32,000 bases of DNA from Kineococcus radiotolerans SRS30216 = ATCC BAA-149 (GTDB taxonomy: Bacteria > Actinomycetota > Actinomycetes > Actinomycetales > Kineococcaceae): the NCBI RefSeq assembly GCF_000017305.1, contig NC_009664.2:3420001-3452000 (forward strand). Reading direction: 5' to 3'. The position numbers and the translations under genes are program-made. Position 1 is the first letter of the stretch, and each line of letters starts with the position of its first letter. The notes beneath the pieces were generated by a model. It did not search any database, was not told the origin of the DNA, and saw nothing but the letters and a program-made list of their open reading frames with translations. This document shows, piece by piece, positions 23,868 through 32,000 of this stretch.

Positions 23868-23902
23868 GGAGGCCCCCACCAGCAGCGCTGGTGGGGGCCT
23901 CC
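23868..23902. terminator. Bidirectional terminator hairpin between convergent ino1 and valS
   Basis: ggaggcccccaccagc (23868-23883) pairs with gctggtgggggcctcc (23887-23902), giving a 15-16-bp perfect stem. It lies between the stops at 23856 and 23920. Confidence 0.7.
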
Positions 23903-23919
23903 GTCGTCCCGGGTGCGGG

Positions 23920-26541
23920 TCAGGCGGTGGGGGCGATCTCCGCCTGCGCGGTCAGGGTCTCCGCGCCCTCGACGACCGCCCACGCGATCGACGCCGCGCG
24001 GGAGGCGGCGAGGAGGTCGGCCTCGGCCCGCTCGGCGGCCCGCACCAGGGCCGCCGGCCCGGACACCGTCGCCGCGGTGAGCGGGGTCTTCTGCGACACC
24101 TTGGCCTCGCTCTTCACCTTCCGCAGCGCCGACAGCGCCTGCCCCGCCGCGGGCAGCACCCCGCGCGCGCCCTCGTCGACGGCCCCGAGGTCCTCGACCA
24201 GCGGCCACGGCGCGGTGTGCACCGAGCCGTCCTGCCACCACGACCAGACCTCCTCGGCCGCGTAGGGCAGGAACGGGGCGAACAGCCGCAGCAGGGTCCG
24301 CAGCGCCAGGGCCGCGGTCGCGCGCGCCGAGGCCGCCGGGGCCTCCCCGCGCGAACCGTAGGCCCGGTCCTTGACCAGCTCCACCCAGTCGTCGCAGAAG
24401 TTCCAGAAGAACTTCTCGGTCACGTCGAGGGCGGAGGCGTGGTCGTAGCGCTCGAACGCCTCCGTCGCCTGCCGCACCACGACGGCGAGGTCGGCGAGCA
24501 CGCTGGCGTCGACGGCCTCCGTCACCGCGGCCGGGTCGGCGGCCGTGCCGCGCTCCACGCCCAGCCCCAGGACGAACTTGGAGGCGTTGAGCAGCTTCAT
24601 CGCCAGCCGGCGCCCGATCTTCATCTGGCCGGTGTCGAAGGTCGCGTCCGTGCCCAGGCGCGAGGACGCGGCCCAGTAGCGGACCGCGTCGGAGCCGAAC
24701 TCCTCCAGCAGCGCCAGCGGGGTCACGACGTTGCCCTTGGACTTCGACATCTTCTTGCGGTCCGGGTCGAGGATCCAGCCCGACAGCGCCGTGCGCGCCC
24801 AGGGCAGCCCGCCGAACTCCAGGTGCGAGCGCACCACGGTGGAGAACAGCCAGGTGCGGATGATGTCCTGGCCCTGCGGGCGCAGGTCCATCGGGTAGAC
24901 GCGGGAGAAGAGGTCCTCGTCGCGCTCCCAGCCGCTCACCAGCAGCGGCGTCAGCGACGACGTGGCCCAGGTGTCCATGACGTCGGGGTCGGCGGCGAAA
25001 CCGCCCGGCACCCCGCGCTGGTCCTCGGTGAAGCCGGGGGCGGCCTCGGCGGCCGGGTCGACCGGCAGCGCCGCCTCGTCGGGGACGATCGGGGCGTCGT
25101 AGACGGGCTCGCCGTCGGCGTCCAGGGGGTACCAGACCGGGAACGGCACCCCGAAGAACCGCTGGCGCGAGATCAGCCAGTCCCCGTTGAGCCCGGACAC
25201 CCAGTGGTCGTAGCGGTGCTTCATGTGCTCGGGGTGCCAGGTCAGCTCGCTCCCGCGCCCCAGCAGCGCCGAGCGCAGGTCGGCGTCGCGCCCGCCGTTG
25301 CGCAGGTACCACTGACGGGTCGAGACGATCTCGAGGGGGCGGTCGCCCTTCTCGTAGAACTTCACCGGGTGGGTGATCCGCTTCGGCTCCCCGACCATGT
25401 CGCCGGAGGCCTGCAGCGCCTCGACGATCGCCTTCTGCGCGCTGAACACCGTCGCACCGGCGATCGAGGCGTAGAGCTCCGCGCCCGGGCCCTCGCCCAG
25501 CCACGCCGGGGTCTCGCGCAGCAGCCGGCCGTCGCGCCCGACGACCGCGCGGTTGGGCAGCTGCAGCTCCCGCCACCAGGTGACGTCGGTGGTGTCGCCG
25601 AAGGTGCAGATCATCGCGATGCCGGACCCCTTCTCGGGGTCGGCCAGCGGGTGCGCCACGACGGGCACCTCGACGCCGAACAGCGGCGTGCGGACCGTCT
25701 GCCCGAACAGCGGCTGGTACCGCGCGTCGTCGGGGTGGGCCACCAGCGCCACGCACGCCGGCAGCAGCACCGGGCGGGTCGTCTCGATGAACACGGGGTC
25801 CCCGCCGGCGGTGGGGGTGAACCCGATCCGGTGGTAGGCGCCCTCGGTCTCGCGGTCCTCCAGCTCCGCCTGCGCGACGGCCGTGCGGAACGTCGTGTCC
25901 CACAGCGTCGGCGCCTGCGCGGAGTAGGCCTCGCCGCGGGCGAGGTTGCGCAGGAACGCCCGCTGCGCCGTGGCGCGCGAGGACTCCGAGATCGTCGAGT
26001 ACGTGTGCGACCAGTCCACCGACAGGCCCAGGCGGCGCCACAGCGACTCGAAGACCTGCTCGTCCTCGGCGGTCAGGCGGTCGCACAGCTCCACGAAGTT
26101 GCGCCGGGAGACCTGCACGAAGTCGCGGTCGCTCTTGGGGGCCTTCTCCGGCGGCACGAACGAGGCGTCGTAGGGCAGCGTCGGGTCGCAGCGCACGCCG
26201 TAGTAGTTCTGCACGCGCCGCTCGGTGGGCAGGCCGTTGTCGTCCCAGCCCATGGGGTAGAAGACCGACTTGCCGCGCATCCGCTGGAAGCGGGCGACGA
26301 CGTCGGTGTGGGTGTAGCTGAAGACGTGCCCGACGTGCAGCGAGCCGGAGACCGTGGGCGGCGGGGTGTCGATGGAGTAGACGTCGGCGCGCTCGGCGGT
26401 GCGGTCGAAGGCGTAGGTGCCCTCCTGCTGCCACGCGGGGGACCAGCGCTCCTCCAGCCCGTCCACGGTGGGACGGTCGGGTACCTCGACGCCGGGCGCG
26501 ACGTGGGTCTGGAACGGCGAGGCGGGGGTGGCGTCGGACAT
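23920..26541 (-). CDS. valS: Valine--tRNA ligase (class I aaRS, actinobacterial long form)
   Basis: The HIGH-type motif is SGSLHVGHVFSY. The KMSKS motif is RKKMSKSKGNVV. GWDDNGLPTE and DTWATSSL are also present. The N-terminus (VPDRPTVDGLEERWSPAWQQEGTYAFD) is typical of this ValS type. The start is uncertain among ATGs at 26541, 26550 and 26553. Confidence 0.92.
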   Translation of the reverse strand: MSDATPASPFQTHVAPGVEVPDRPTVDGLEERWSPAWQQEGTYAFDRTAERADVYSIDTPPPTVSGSLHVGHVFSYTHTDVVARFQRMRGKSVFYPMGWDDNGLPTERRVQNYYGVRCDPTLPYDASFVPPEKAPKSDRDFVQVSRRNFVELCDRLTAEDEQVFESLWRRLGLSVDWSHTYSTISESSRATAQRAFLRNLARGEAYSAQAPTLWDTTFRTAVAQAELEDRETEGAYHRIGFTPTAGGDPVFIETTRPVLLPACVALVAHPDDARYQPLFGQTVRTPLFGVEVPVVAHPLADPEKGSGIAMICTFGDTTDVTWWRELQLPNRAVVGRDGRLLRETPAWLGEGPGAELYASIAGATVFSAQKAIVEALQASGDMVGEPKRITHPVKFYEKGDRPLEIVSTRQWYLRNGGRDADLRSALLGRGSELTWHPEHMKHRYDHWVSGLNGDWLISRQRFFGVPFPVWYPLDADGEPVYDAPIVPDEAALPVDPAAEAAPGFTEDQRGVPGGFAADPDVMDTWATSSLTPLLVSGWERDEDLFSRVYPMDLRPQGQDIIRTWLFSTVVRSHLEFGGLPWARTALSGWILDPDRKKMSKSKGNVVTPLALLEEFGSDAVRYWAASSRLGTDATFDTGQMKIGRRLAMKLLNASKFVLGLGVERGTAADPAAVTEAVDASVLADLAVVVRQATEAFERYDHASALDVTEKFFWNFCDDWVELVKDRAYGSRGEAPAASARATAALALRTLLRLFAPFLPYAAEEVWSWWQDGSVHTAPWPLVEDLGAVDEGARGVLPAAGQALSALRKVKSEAKVSQKTPLTAATVSGPAALVRAAERAEADLLAASRAASIAWAVVEGAETLTAQAEIAPTA

Positions 26542-26637
26542 GGCCCCCATCATTCCAGCCGCCGGACGCGCCCCCGGTCGTGCACCCGATCCGGTGGCTG
26601 CGCTGAAGGTCGGGGCGCGGGCGTCCGATGCTGCGGT

Positions 26638-28101
26638 GTGGACTCCCTGCACCGCCTGCTGCCCTGGCAGGTCTTCACCGCCTGCGGCGCGGCCCTGGTG
26701 CTCCTGTGCCTGTTCCTGCCCGACGGCCTGGTCCGCGCCGTCCTGGTGGCGGGGGTCAGCGTCGCCTCCGCGGTGGCGACCACCGTCGGCGCGCGCCTGC
26801 ACCGCCCGCAGCGGGCGTCGGCGTGGTGGCTGCTGGCGGCCGGGCTGATGGCCTGGGCGCTGGGCGACGTGTCCTACACCGTCTGCTACACCTGGCTGGG
26901 CTGGGACACCTACCCCAGCGTCCCCGACGTCTTCTACGTGCTGGCCTACCCCCTCATCGCGGCCGCGCTGCTGCGGATGGCCCGCCAGGCCCGGCCCGGG
27001 GCCGACCGCGAGGGCGTCATCGACGCCGCCATCCTCGCCGTCGGCTTCGGCCTGCTGTCGTGGACGTTCCTCGTGCGCCCGGCGCTGGCCTCGCTGCCCG
27101 AGGACCTGTTCGCCGGGCTGGTCGCGCTGGCCTACCCCGTCGGCGACGTCGTCGTCCTGGCCATGCTGGTGCGGGTCTTCGCCGCCGCCGGGCACGGCTC
27201 GCGCGCCTTCGGCCTGCTGGCCGGGGCCGCGGTCTTCATGCTCCTCGCCGACGCCCTGTGGCAGTACGCCGACGCCTACGCGGGTCTCGACGACAGCTGG
27301 ATCGACCCCGTCTTCATGACCTCCTACGTGCTGTGGGGGGCGGCCGCCCTGCACCCGTCGATGCGGCGGCTGTCGGACCCCTCGCCCAGCAGCCGGCACG
27401 AGTTCAGCCCCCTGCGCCTGGCCGTCCTCACCGCCGCCAGCCTGCTCTCGCCGGGCACCCTGGGCCTGCAGCTCGCCCTCGGCCAGCAGCCGCAGGGCTG
27501 GGCCGTCGTCATCAGCTCCGCGGTCCTGTTCCTGCTCGTGGTGGCCCGCATGTCGGCGCTGCTGGGCCGGTTGCGCGAGCAGACCGCCCTGCTCGGCGAC
27601 CTCGCCCGCACCGACCCCCTCACGGGCCTGCTCAACCGCCGCAGCGCCGACGCCGCGCTGGAGCGGGTCCGGGAGCGGACCCGGCGCGAGGGCACGGCCC
27701 TCGTCGTCGCCCTGCTCGACCTCGACCGCTTCAAGGACTTCAACGACACCCGCGGCCACCCCGCCGGGGACCGCCTGCTCGTCGGGGCCGCCTCGGCCTG
27801 GGGTGCGGTGCTGGCGGGGACGGGGATCCAGCTCGCCCGCTGGGGCGGGGAGGAGTTCCTCCTCGTGGCCTCCGGGTGGGAGACCGGTCGCGTCGAGCAG
27901 CTGCTCGACGACCTGCGCGCCGTCGTGCCCGAGGGGCAGACGTTCTCCGCGGGCCTGGCCCGCTGGGACGGGCAGGAGGCGACCGACCGGCTCGTGGCCC
28001 GCGCCGACGAGGCCCTCTACGCCGCCAAGCACGCCGGGCGGGCCTGCTCCCGCACCGCGGCGCTGCGCCGGGAGGGGGAGCCCGTCCACCCCGCGGGGTG
28101 A
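26638..28101 (+). CDS. Integral-membrane diguanylate cyclase (about 10 TM segments + GGDEF domain, motif GGEEF)
   Basis: This is the last ~487 aa of track ORF 24217..28101. About 10 hydrophobic helices are followed by DPLTGLLNRR...ALLDLDRFKDFNDTRGHPAGD...ARWGGEEFLL...ADEALYAAKHAGR. GTG 26638 is the only plausible start before TM1, but no Shine-Dalgarno or -10 sequence was recognised. Confidence 0.82.
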   Translation: MDSLHRLLPWQVFTACGAALVLLCLFLPDGLVRAVLVAGVSVASAVATTVGARLHRPQRASAWWLLAAGLMAWALGDVSYTVCYTWLGWDTYPSVPDVFYVLAYPLIAAALLRMARQARPGADREGVIDAAILAVGFGLLSWTFLVRPALASLPEDLFAGLVALAYPVGDVVVLAMLVRVFAAAGHGSRAFGLLAGAAVFMLLADALWQYADAYAGLDDSWIDPVFMTSYVLWGAAALHPSMRRLSDPSPSSRHEFSPLRLAVLTAASLLSPGTLGLQLALGQQPQGWAVVISSAVLFLLVVARMSALLGRLREQTALLGDLARTDPLTGLLNRRSADAALERVRERTRREGTALVVALLDLDRFKDFNDTRGHPAGDRLLVGAASAWGAVLAGTGIQLARWGGEEFLLVASGWETGRVEQLLDDLRAVVPEGQTFSAGLARWDGQEATDRLVARADEALYAAKHAGRACSRTAALRREGEPVHPAG

Positions 28102-28153
28102 GGCGTGAGAAGCTCCGGGGACCACGCGGCCGACGACGTCTGCAGGAGCACCG

Positions 28154-29671
28154 ATGAGCAGTCCCACCACCTTCGCGGGGGCGGTCGCCGAGCACGCCCG
28201 CACCCGCCCGGACGGCGTCGCCGTCCGCCTCGACGAGCACGTCCTGACCTGGCGCGAGCTCGACGACGCCACCGCCCGCGTCGCGGCCCTGCTGCGCGCG
28301 CAGGGCGTCCGGCCCGGCGACCGCGTCGCGCTGGTCCTGCCCAACGTCCCGCAGTTCCCGGTGCTCTACCACGGGATCCTGCGGGCGGGCGCGGTCGTCG
28401 TCCCGATGAACCCCCTGCTGCGCGGGCGGGAGGTCAACCACCACTTCGCCGACTCCGGCGCGGTCCTCGCCCTCGTCTGGCACGCCGTCGCCGACGCCTC
28501 CCACGCCGGCGCGGTCGGCACCGGCACCCGGGTCGTCGTCGTGGAGCCCGGGGCCACCGCCGCCCTGCTCGCCGGGGTGGACCCCGACCCCGCGGTGCAC
28601 GTCCCCGACCCCGGCGACACCGCCGTCATCCTCTACACCTCCGGCACCACCGGGGCCCCCAAGGGCGCCGAGCTCAGCCACCGCAACCTGCTCAGCAACG
28701 CCCTCACCTCCCAGGAGCGCCTCATCCGCCTCGGCGGGGACGACGTGATCCTCGGGGCCCTGCCCCTGTTCCACGCCTTCGGGCAGACGTGCGCCATGAA
28801 CACCGCCGTCGTCGCCGGGCGCACCCTCAGCCTGCTGCCCCGCTTCAGCGCCGCCGCGGCGCTCGCCGTCGTCGAGCGCGACCGGGTCACCCACTTCGCG
28901 GGCGTGCCGACGATGTACGTCGCGCTGCTCAACGAACCCGGGGCGGAGGAGTTCGACCTCTCGTCGTGGCGCTCTTGCGTCTCCGGCGGGGCGTCGCTGC
29001 CGGTGGAGGTGCTGCGCGGCTTCGAGGCCCGCTTCGGGGTGCAGATCCTGGAGGGCTACGGGCTGAGCGAGACCTCCCCGGTCGCCTCCTTCAACCACCC
29101 CGACGCCGTCCGCAAGCCCGGCACGATCGGCGTCCCCGTCCGCGGCTGCGAGATGGACCTGCGCGGCGCCGACGGCACCCCCGTCACCGAGGGGGTGGGG
29201 GAGATCGTGGTCCGCGGCGAGAACGTCATGACGGGCTACTGGCGCAACGAGGCGGCCACGGCGGCCGCGTTCACCGCCGACGGCTGGTTCCGCACCGGCG
29301 ACCTCGCCACCCGCGACGAGGACGGCTACTACGCGATCGTCGACCGGGCCAAGGACATGATCGACCGCGGCGGCTACAACGTGTACCCGCGCGAGGTCGA
29401 GGAGGTCCTCCACGAGCACCCCGCGGTCGAGCAGGTCGCCGTCGTCGGCTTCCCCGACCCGCTGGTCGGGGAGGAGGTCGGGGCGGCCGTCGTGCTCAAG
29501 GAAGGCGCCTGCGCGACGCCCGAGGAGCTGCAGCAGCACGTCAAGGACGCCCTCGCCGCGTACAAGTACCCCCGCCGGGTCTGGATCGTCTCCGAACTGC
29601 CCAAGGGGCCCACCGGCAAGATCCTCAAGCGCGAGATCCACCCACCCCTGGAGAGGACCAGCGAATCGTGA
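28154..29671 (+). CDS. AMP-dependent acyl-CoA synthetase / fatty-acid--CoA ligase
   Basis: The AMP-binding motif is ILYTSGTTGAPKGAELSH, with GYGLSE, FRTGDLATRDEDGYYAIVDRAKD and PKGPTGKILKRE also present. AGGAG lies 6 nt upstream of ATG 28154. Confidence 0.88.
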   Translation: MSSPTTFAGAVAEHARTRPDGVAVRLDEHVLTWRELDDATARVAALLRAQGVRPGDRVALVLPNVPQFPVLYHGILRAGAVVVPMNPLLRGREVNHHFADSGAVLALVWHAVADASHAGAVGTGTRVVVVEPGATAALLAGVDPDPAVHVPDPGDTAVILYTSGTTGAPKGAELSHRNLLSNALTSQERLIRLGGDDVILGALPLFHAFGQTCAMNTAVVAGRTLSLLPRFSAAAALAVVERDRVTHFAGVPTMYVALLNEPGAEEFDLSSWRSCVSGGASLPVEVLRGFEARFGVQILEGYGLSETSPVASFNHPDAVRKPGTIGVPVRGCEMDLRGADGTPVTEGVGEIVVRGENVMTGYWRNEAATAAAFTADGWFRTGDLATRDEDGYYAIVDRAKDMIDRGGYNVYPREVEEVLHEHPAVEQVAVVGFPDPLVGEEVGAAVVLKEGACATPEELQQHVKDALAAYKYPRRVWIVSELPKGPTGKILKREIHPPLERTSES

Positions 29672-30849
29672 CCACGCTCCCGGAGTCCCCCCGCGGATCC
29701 GACTACTTCGACCTCGCCGCCGACCTCACCGACCACGAGCGGGAGGTGTGGGCGCAGGTCCGCGCCTTCGTCGACGAGGAGCTGATCCCGGTCGCCGGCG
29801 GGTACTGGGAACGCGCCGAGATGCCGCTGGACCTGCTGAAGGAGTACGGGCAGCTCAACCTCGTCGGCGACGCCCTGGAGGGACCGGGGGTCCCGCGGCT
29901 CAGCCACACCGCCGCCGGGCTGGTGACGATGGAGCTGTCCCGCGGCGACGGCAGCTTCGCCACGATGCTCGGGGTCCAGGCCGGCCTCGCCATGCGCTCC
30001 ATCGCCTTCCTCGGCTCGCAGGAGCAGAAGGAGCGCTGGCTGCCGCCGATGGCGCGGCTGGAGGTGCTGGGCGCGTTCGGGCTGACCGAGCCCGACCACG
30101 GCTCCGACGCCGTCGCGCTGGCCACCACCGCCCGACGCGAGGGGGACGAGTACGTCCTCGACGGGGCCAAGCGGTGGATCGGCTTCGGGACGGTTTGCGA
30201 CGTGTGCGTGGTGTGGGCCCGCGGCGAGGACGGCCAGGTCCAGGGCTTCCTCGTCGAGCGGGGGACCCCGGGGTTCGAGGCGAGGGTCATCGAGGGCAAG
30301 GCGTCCCTGCGCGCCATCCACAACGCCGACATCACCCTCACCGGCGTGCGGGTCCCCGCCGCGAACCGGCTGCCCGGGGCGAACAGCTTCCGCGACACCG
30401 GACGGGTGCTGTCCGCCACCCGCGCCGGGATCGCCTGGGGGGCGCTGGGGCACGCCACCGCCGCCTACGAGACCGCGCTGGCCTACTCCCTGGAGCGGAA
30501 GCAGTTCGGCCAGCCCCTCGCCTCGTTCCAGCTCGTGCAGGACAAGCTGGTGCAGATGCTCGCCGAGGTCACCGCGATGCAGCTGTTCTGCGTGCGGGTC
30601 GGCAAGCTCGCCGACGAGGGGCGGCTCACCGACACCCAGGCCTCGCTGGCCAAGGTGAACTCCACCCGCAAGGCCCGCGCCGTCACCGCGATGGCGCGCG
30701 ACCTGCTCGGCGGCAACGGGATCCTGCTCGAGCACCGGGTGGCCCGGCACATGGCCGACGTCGAGGCGCTGCACACCTACGAGGGGACGGAGTCGATCCA
30801 GACCCTCATCGTCGGGCGCCACCTCACCGGGATCTCCTCCTTCACCTGA
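29668..30849 (+). CDS. Acyl-CoA dehydrogenase (glutaryl-CoA dehydrogenase-like)
   Basis: This is the last 393 aa of track ORF 28105..30849. The motifs are GAFGLTEPDHGSD, KRWIG, RKQFGQPLASFQLVQ and YEGTESIQTLIVGRHLTG. Its GTG start overlaps the ligase stop (GTGA at 29668-29671), suggesting translational coupling. Confidence 0.9.
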   Translation: MTTLPESPRGSDYFDLAADLTDHEREVWAQVRAFVDEELIPVAGGYWERAEMPLDLLKEYGQLNLVGDALEGPGVPRLSHTAAGLVTMELSRGDGSFATMLGVQAGLAMRSIAFLGSQEQKERWLPPMARLEVLGAFGLTEPDHGSDAVALATTARREGDEYVLDGAKRWIGFGTVCDVCVVWARGEDGQVQGFLVERGTPGFEARVIEGKASLRAIHNADITLTGVRVPAANRLPGANSFRDTGRVLSATRAGIAWGALGHATAAYETALAYSLERKQFGQPLASFQLVQDKLVQMLAEVTAMQLFCVRVGKLADEGRLTDTQASLAKVNSTRKARAVTAMARDLLGGNGILLEHRVARHMADVEALHTYEGTESIQTLIVGRHLTGISSFT

Positions 30850-30881
30850 GGGTCCGCGACGGCCGGCCGCTCACCCGGGGC

Positions 30882-32000
30882 TCACACCTTGAAGCGGCCG
30901 ACCAGCGCCCGCACGTGCTCGGCCGACCCCGCCACCTGGCGCGAGCACGCGTCGGTCTCGGCGGCGCTGGCGGTGGTGCGCTCGGCGACCCGGGCGACCT
31001 CGCCGATCGTCCCGGCGATCGTCCGGGTGGCCGACGCCGCGCGCGACACCCCGCTCGCGAGGTCGCCGGTCACCGCGGACTGCTCCTCCACGGCCGCCGC
31101 GACGGTCGCCTGGATCTCGTCGAGGCGGTCGATGACGGTGCCGATGTGCGCCACCGAGCCCGAGGCCTGCGAGACGCTGCCCTGCAGCGCCTCGATCTTG
31201 CGCTCGATGTCCTCGGTGGCCCGCGCGGTCTGGAGGCTGAGCTCCTTGACCTCCCCGGCCACGACGGCGAAGCCCTTGCCCGCGTCGCCGGCCCGGGCGG
31301 CCTCGATCGTGGCGTTGAGGGCCAGCAGGTTGGTCTGCTGCGCGATGGAGGTGATGGCGGCGACGATCTCGCTGATCTCGGCCGAGCTGGAGGACAGCTC
31401 GGCGATGACCCGCTCGGTGGAGCGGGCGGTGTCCACGGCCTCGGCGGCGATCCGGGAGGCCTCGTGGGTCCCGCGGGCGATCTCGGAGATGCTCGCGCCC
31501 ATCTGCTCGGTCGCGGCCGAGATCCCGGTGACCTCGCCGCTGGCGGTGTCGGCCTGCTCGGCGACGACGCCGGAGCGCTGCGCGGTGTCCTGCACGTCCT
31601 CCCCGAGGCGCCGGCTGGTCTCGTCGAGGGTGGAGGCCGCCCGGTCGAGGGTGGCGGCCTCGACGGAGACCTCGCGGACGGTGGCGGCGATGGTCTCGGC
31701 GAACCGGTTGAAGGCCCCGCCGAGCTCGCCGAGCTCGTCGCGGCGGGTCTCGTCGACGCGCTTGGTCAGGTCGCCGTCGCCGTCGGCGATGTCGGTCAGG
31801 CTGTCGCGCAGCCGCCGGATCGGGCGGCCGATCCCCGTCCCGATGACCCAGGTCACGATCCCGGCCACGAGGACGGCGAGCAGGCCCAGCAGCAGGGTCG
31901 TGGTGCGCAGCGAGTGGCTGGCGGCCAGCGCGGCGGAGCGGGGGGCGCTCACGAGCAGGGTCCAGGTCTGCTCGCCGGTGACGGCCACGGGGGCGACGGC
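30882..32000 (-). CDS. Methyl-accepting chemotaxis protein (TM2 + HAMP + signalling domain); N-terminal sensor part lies beyond the window
   Basis: The HAMP region is [24 protein letters not shown]...[11 protein letters not shown]. The highly conserved MCP hairpin tip is [37 protein letters not shown]. The frame stays open to nt 32000, so the track's start at 31988 is probably not the true start. Confidence 0.88.
   Translation of the reverse strand, partial: AVAPVAVTGEQTWTLLVSAPRSAALAASHSLRTTTLLLGLLAVLVAGIVTWVIGTGIGRPIRRLRDSLTDIADGDGDLTKRVDETRRDELGELGGAFNRFAETIAATVREVSVEAATLDRAASTLDETSRRLGEDVQDTAQRSGVVAEQADTASGEVTGISAATEQMGASISEIARGTHEASRIAAEAVDTARSTERVIAELSSSSAEISEIVAAITSIAQQTNLLALNATIEAARAGDAGKGFAVVAGEVKELSLQTARATEDIERKIEALQGSVSQASGSVAHIGTVIDRLDEIQATVAAAVEEQSAVTGDLASGVSRAASATRTIAGTIGEVARVAERTTASAAETDACSRQVAGSAEHVRALVGRFKV

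Noticed and set aside
23831-26434. 867-aa minus-strand ORF, and the first ~2.4 kb of plus-strand ORF 24217..28101, both overlapping valS
   Set aside because: The valS frame carries the HIGH and KMSKS motifs, while these frames give Arg/Gly/Pro-rich nonsense. Only 26638..28101 of the plus ORF (the diguanylate cyclase) is credible.
1-32000. Window-wide scan for CRISPR arrays, IS elements, toxin-antitoxin pairs and phage genes
   Set aside because: I found no regularly spaced direct repeats, no transposase, integrase or recombinase motifs, and no small paired ORFs with toxin-antitoxin features on either strand.

Overview
Very high-G+C actinobacterial chromosomal segment. I call 25 protein-coding genes (2 truncated by the window edges) and 2 tRNAs. 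I see no CRISPR array, transposase or integrase. Most long ORFs in the six-frame track are off-frame or antisense artefacts of the G+C bias (Arg/Pro/Gly/Ala-rich translations). Real genes were chosen by recognisable protein families, start-site context and gene-overlap signatures.

The backbone is a conserved housekeeping neighbourhood: malQ', pepN, an Rv2466c-like DsbA-fold reductase, rpiB, nei, tRNA-Gly/tRNA-Pro, tig, clpP1, clpP2, clpX, then valS. As I recall it, this matches the mycobacterial Rv2448c-Rv2467 gene order.

The less ordinary regions are:
(i) 17.6-22.0 kb, minus strand. Two tandem MarR regulators are followed by a 14-TMS DHA2-type MFS pump whose C-terminus carries three tandem carboxypeptidase-regulatory-like beta-sandwich repeats. 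Next comes a protein fusing a fourth copy of that repeat to a YceI lipid/polyisoprenoid-binding domain. The MarR1, pump and YceI genes are joined by 4-nt start/stop overlaps.
(ii) 0.74-4.8 kb. A large SARP/AfsR-type regulator sits next to a divergent GNAT / WhiB7-like (AT-hook) gene pair. An identical 21-nt element (CTTGCG direct repeats 11 bp apart) lies upstream of both the SARP gene and the whiB7-like gene.
(iii) A tandem-palindrome operator candidate in front of PadR-ino1.
(iv) A multi-half-site operator overlapping a good promoter in front of the MarR-pump operon.
(v) Four genes with a TANNNT-N6-start layout, suggesting leaderless mRNAs.

The right-hand part encodes a 10-TM GGEEF diguanylate cyclase, an acyl-CoA ligase / acyl-CoA dehydrogenase pair and a truncated methyl-accepting chemotaxis protein.

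All functional calls rest on my reading of translated motifs. No database search was run.
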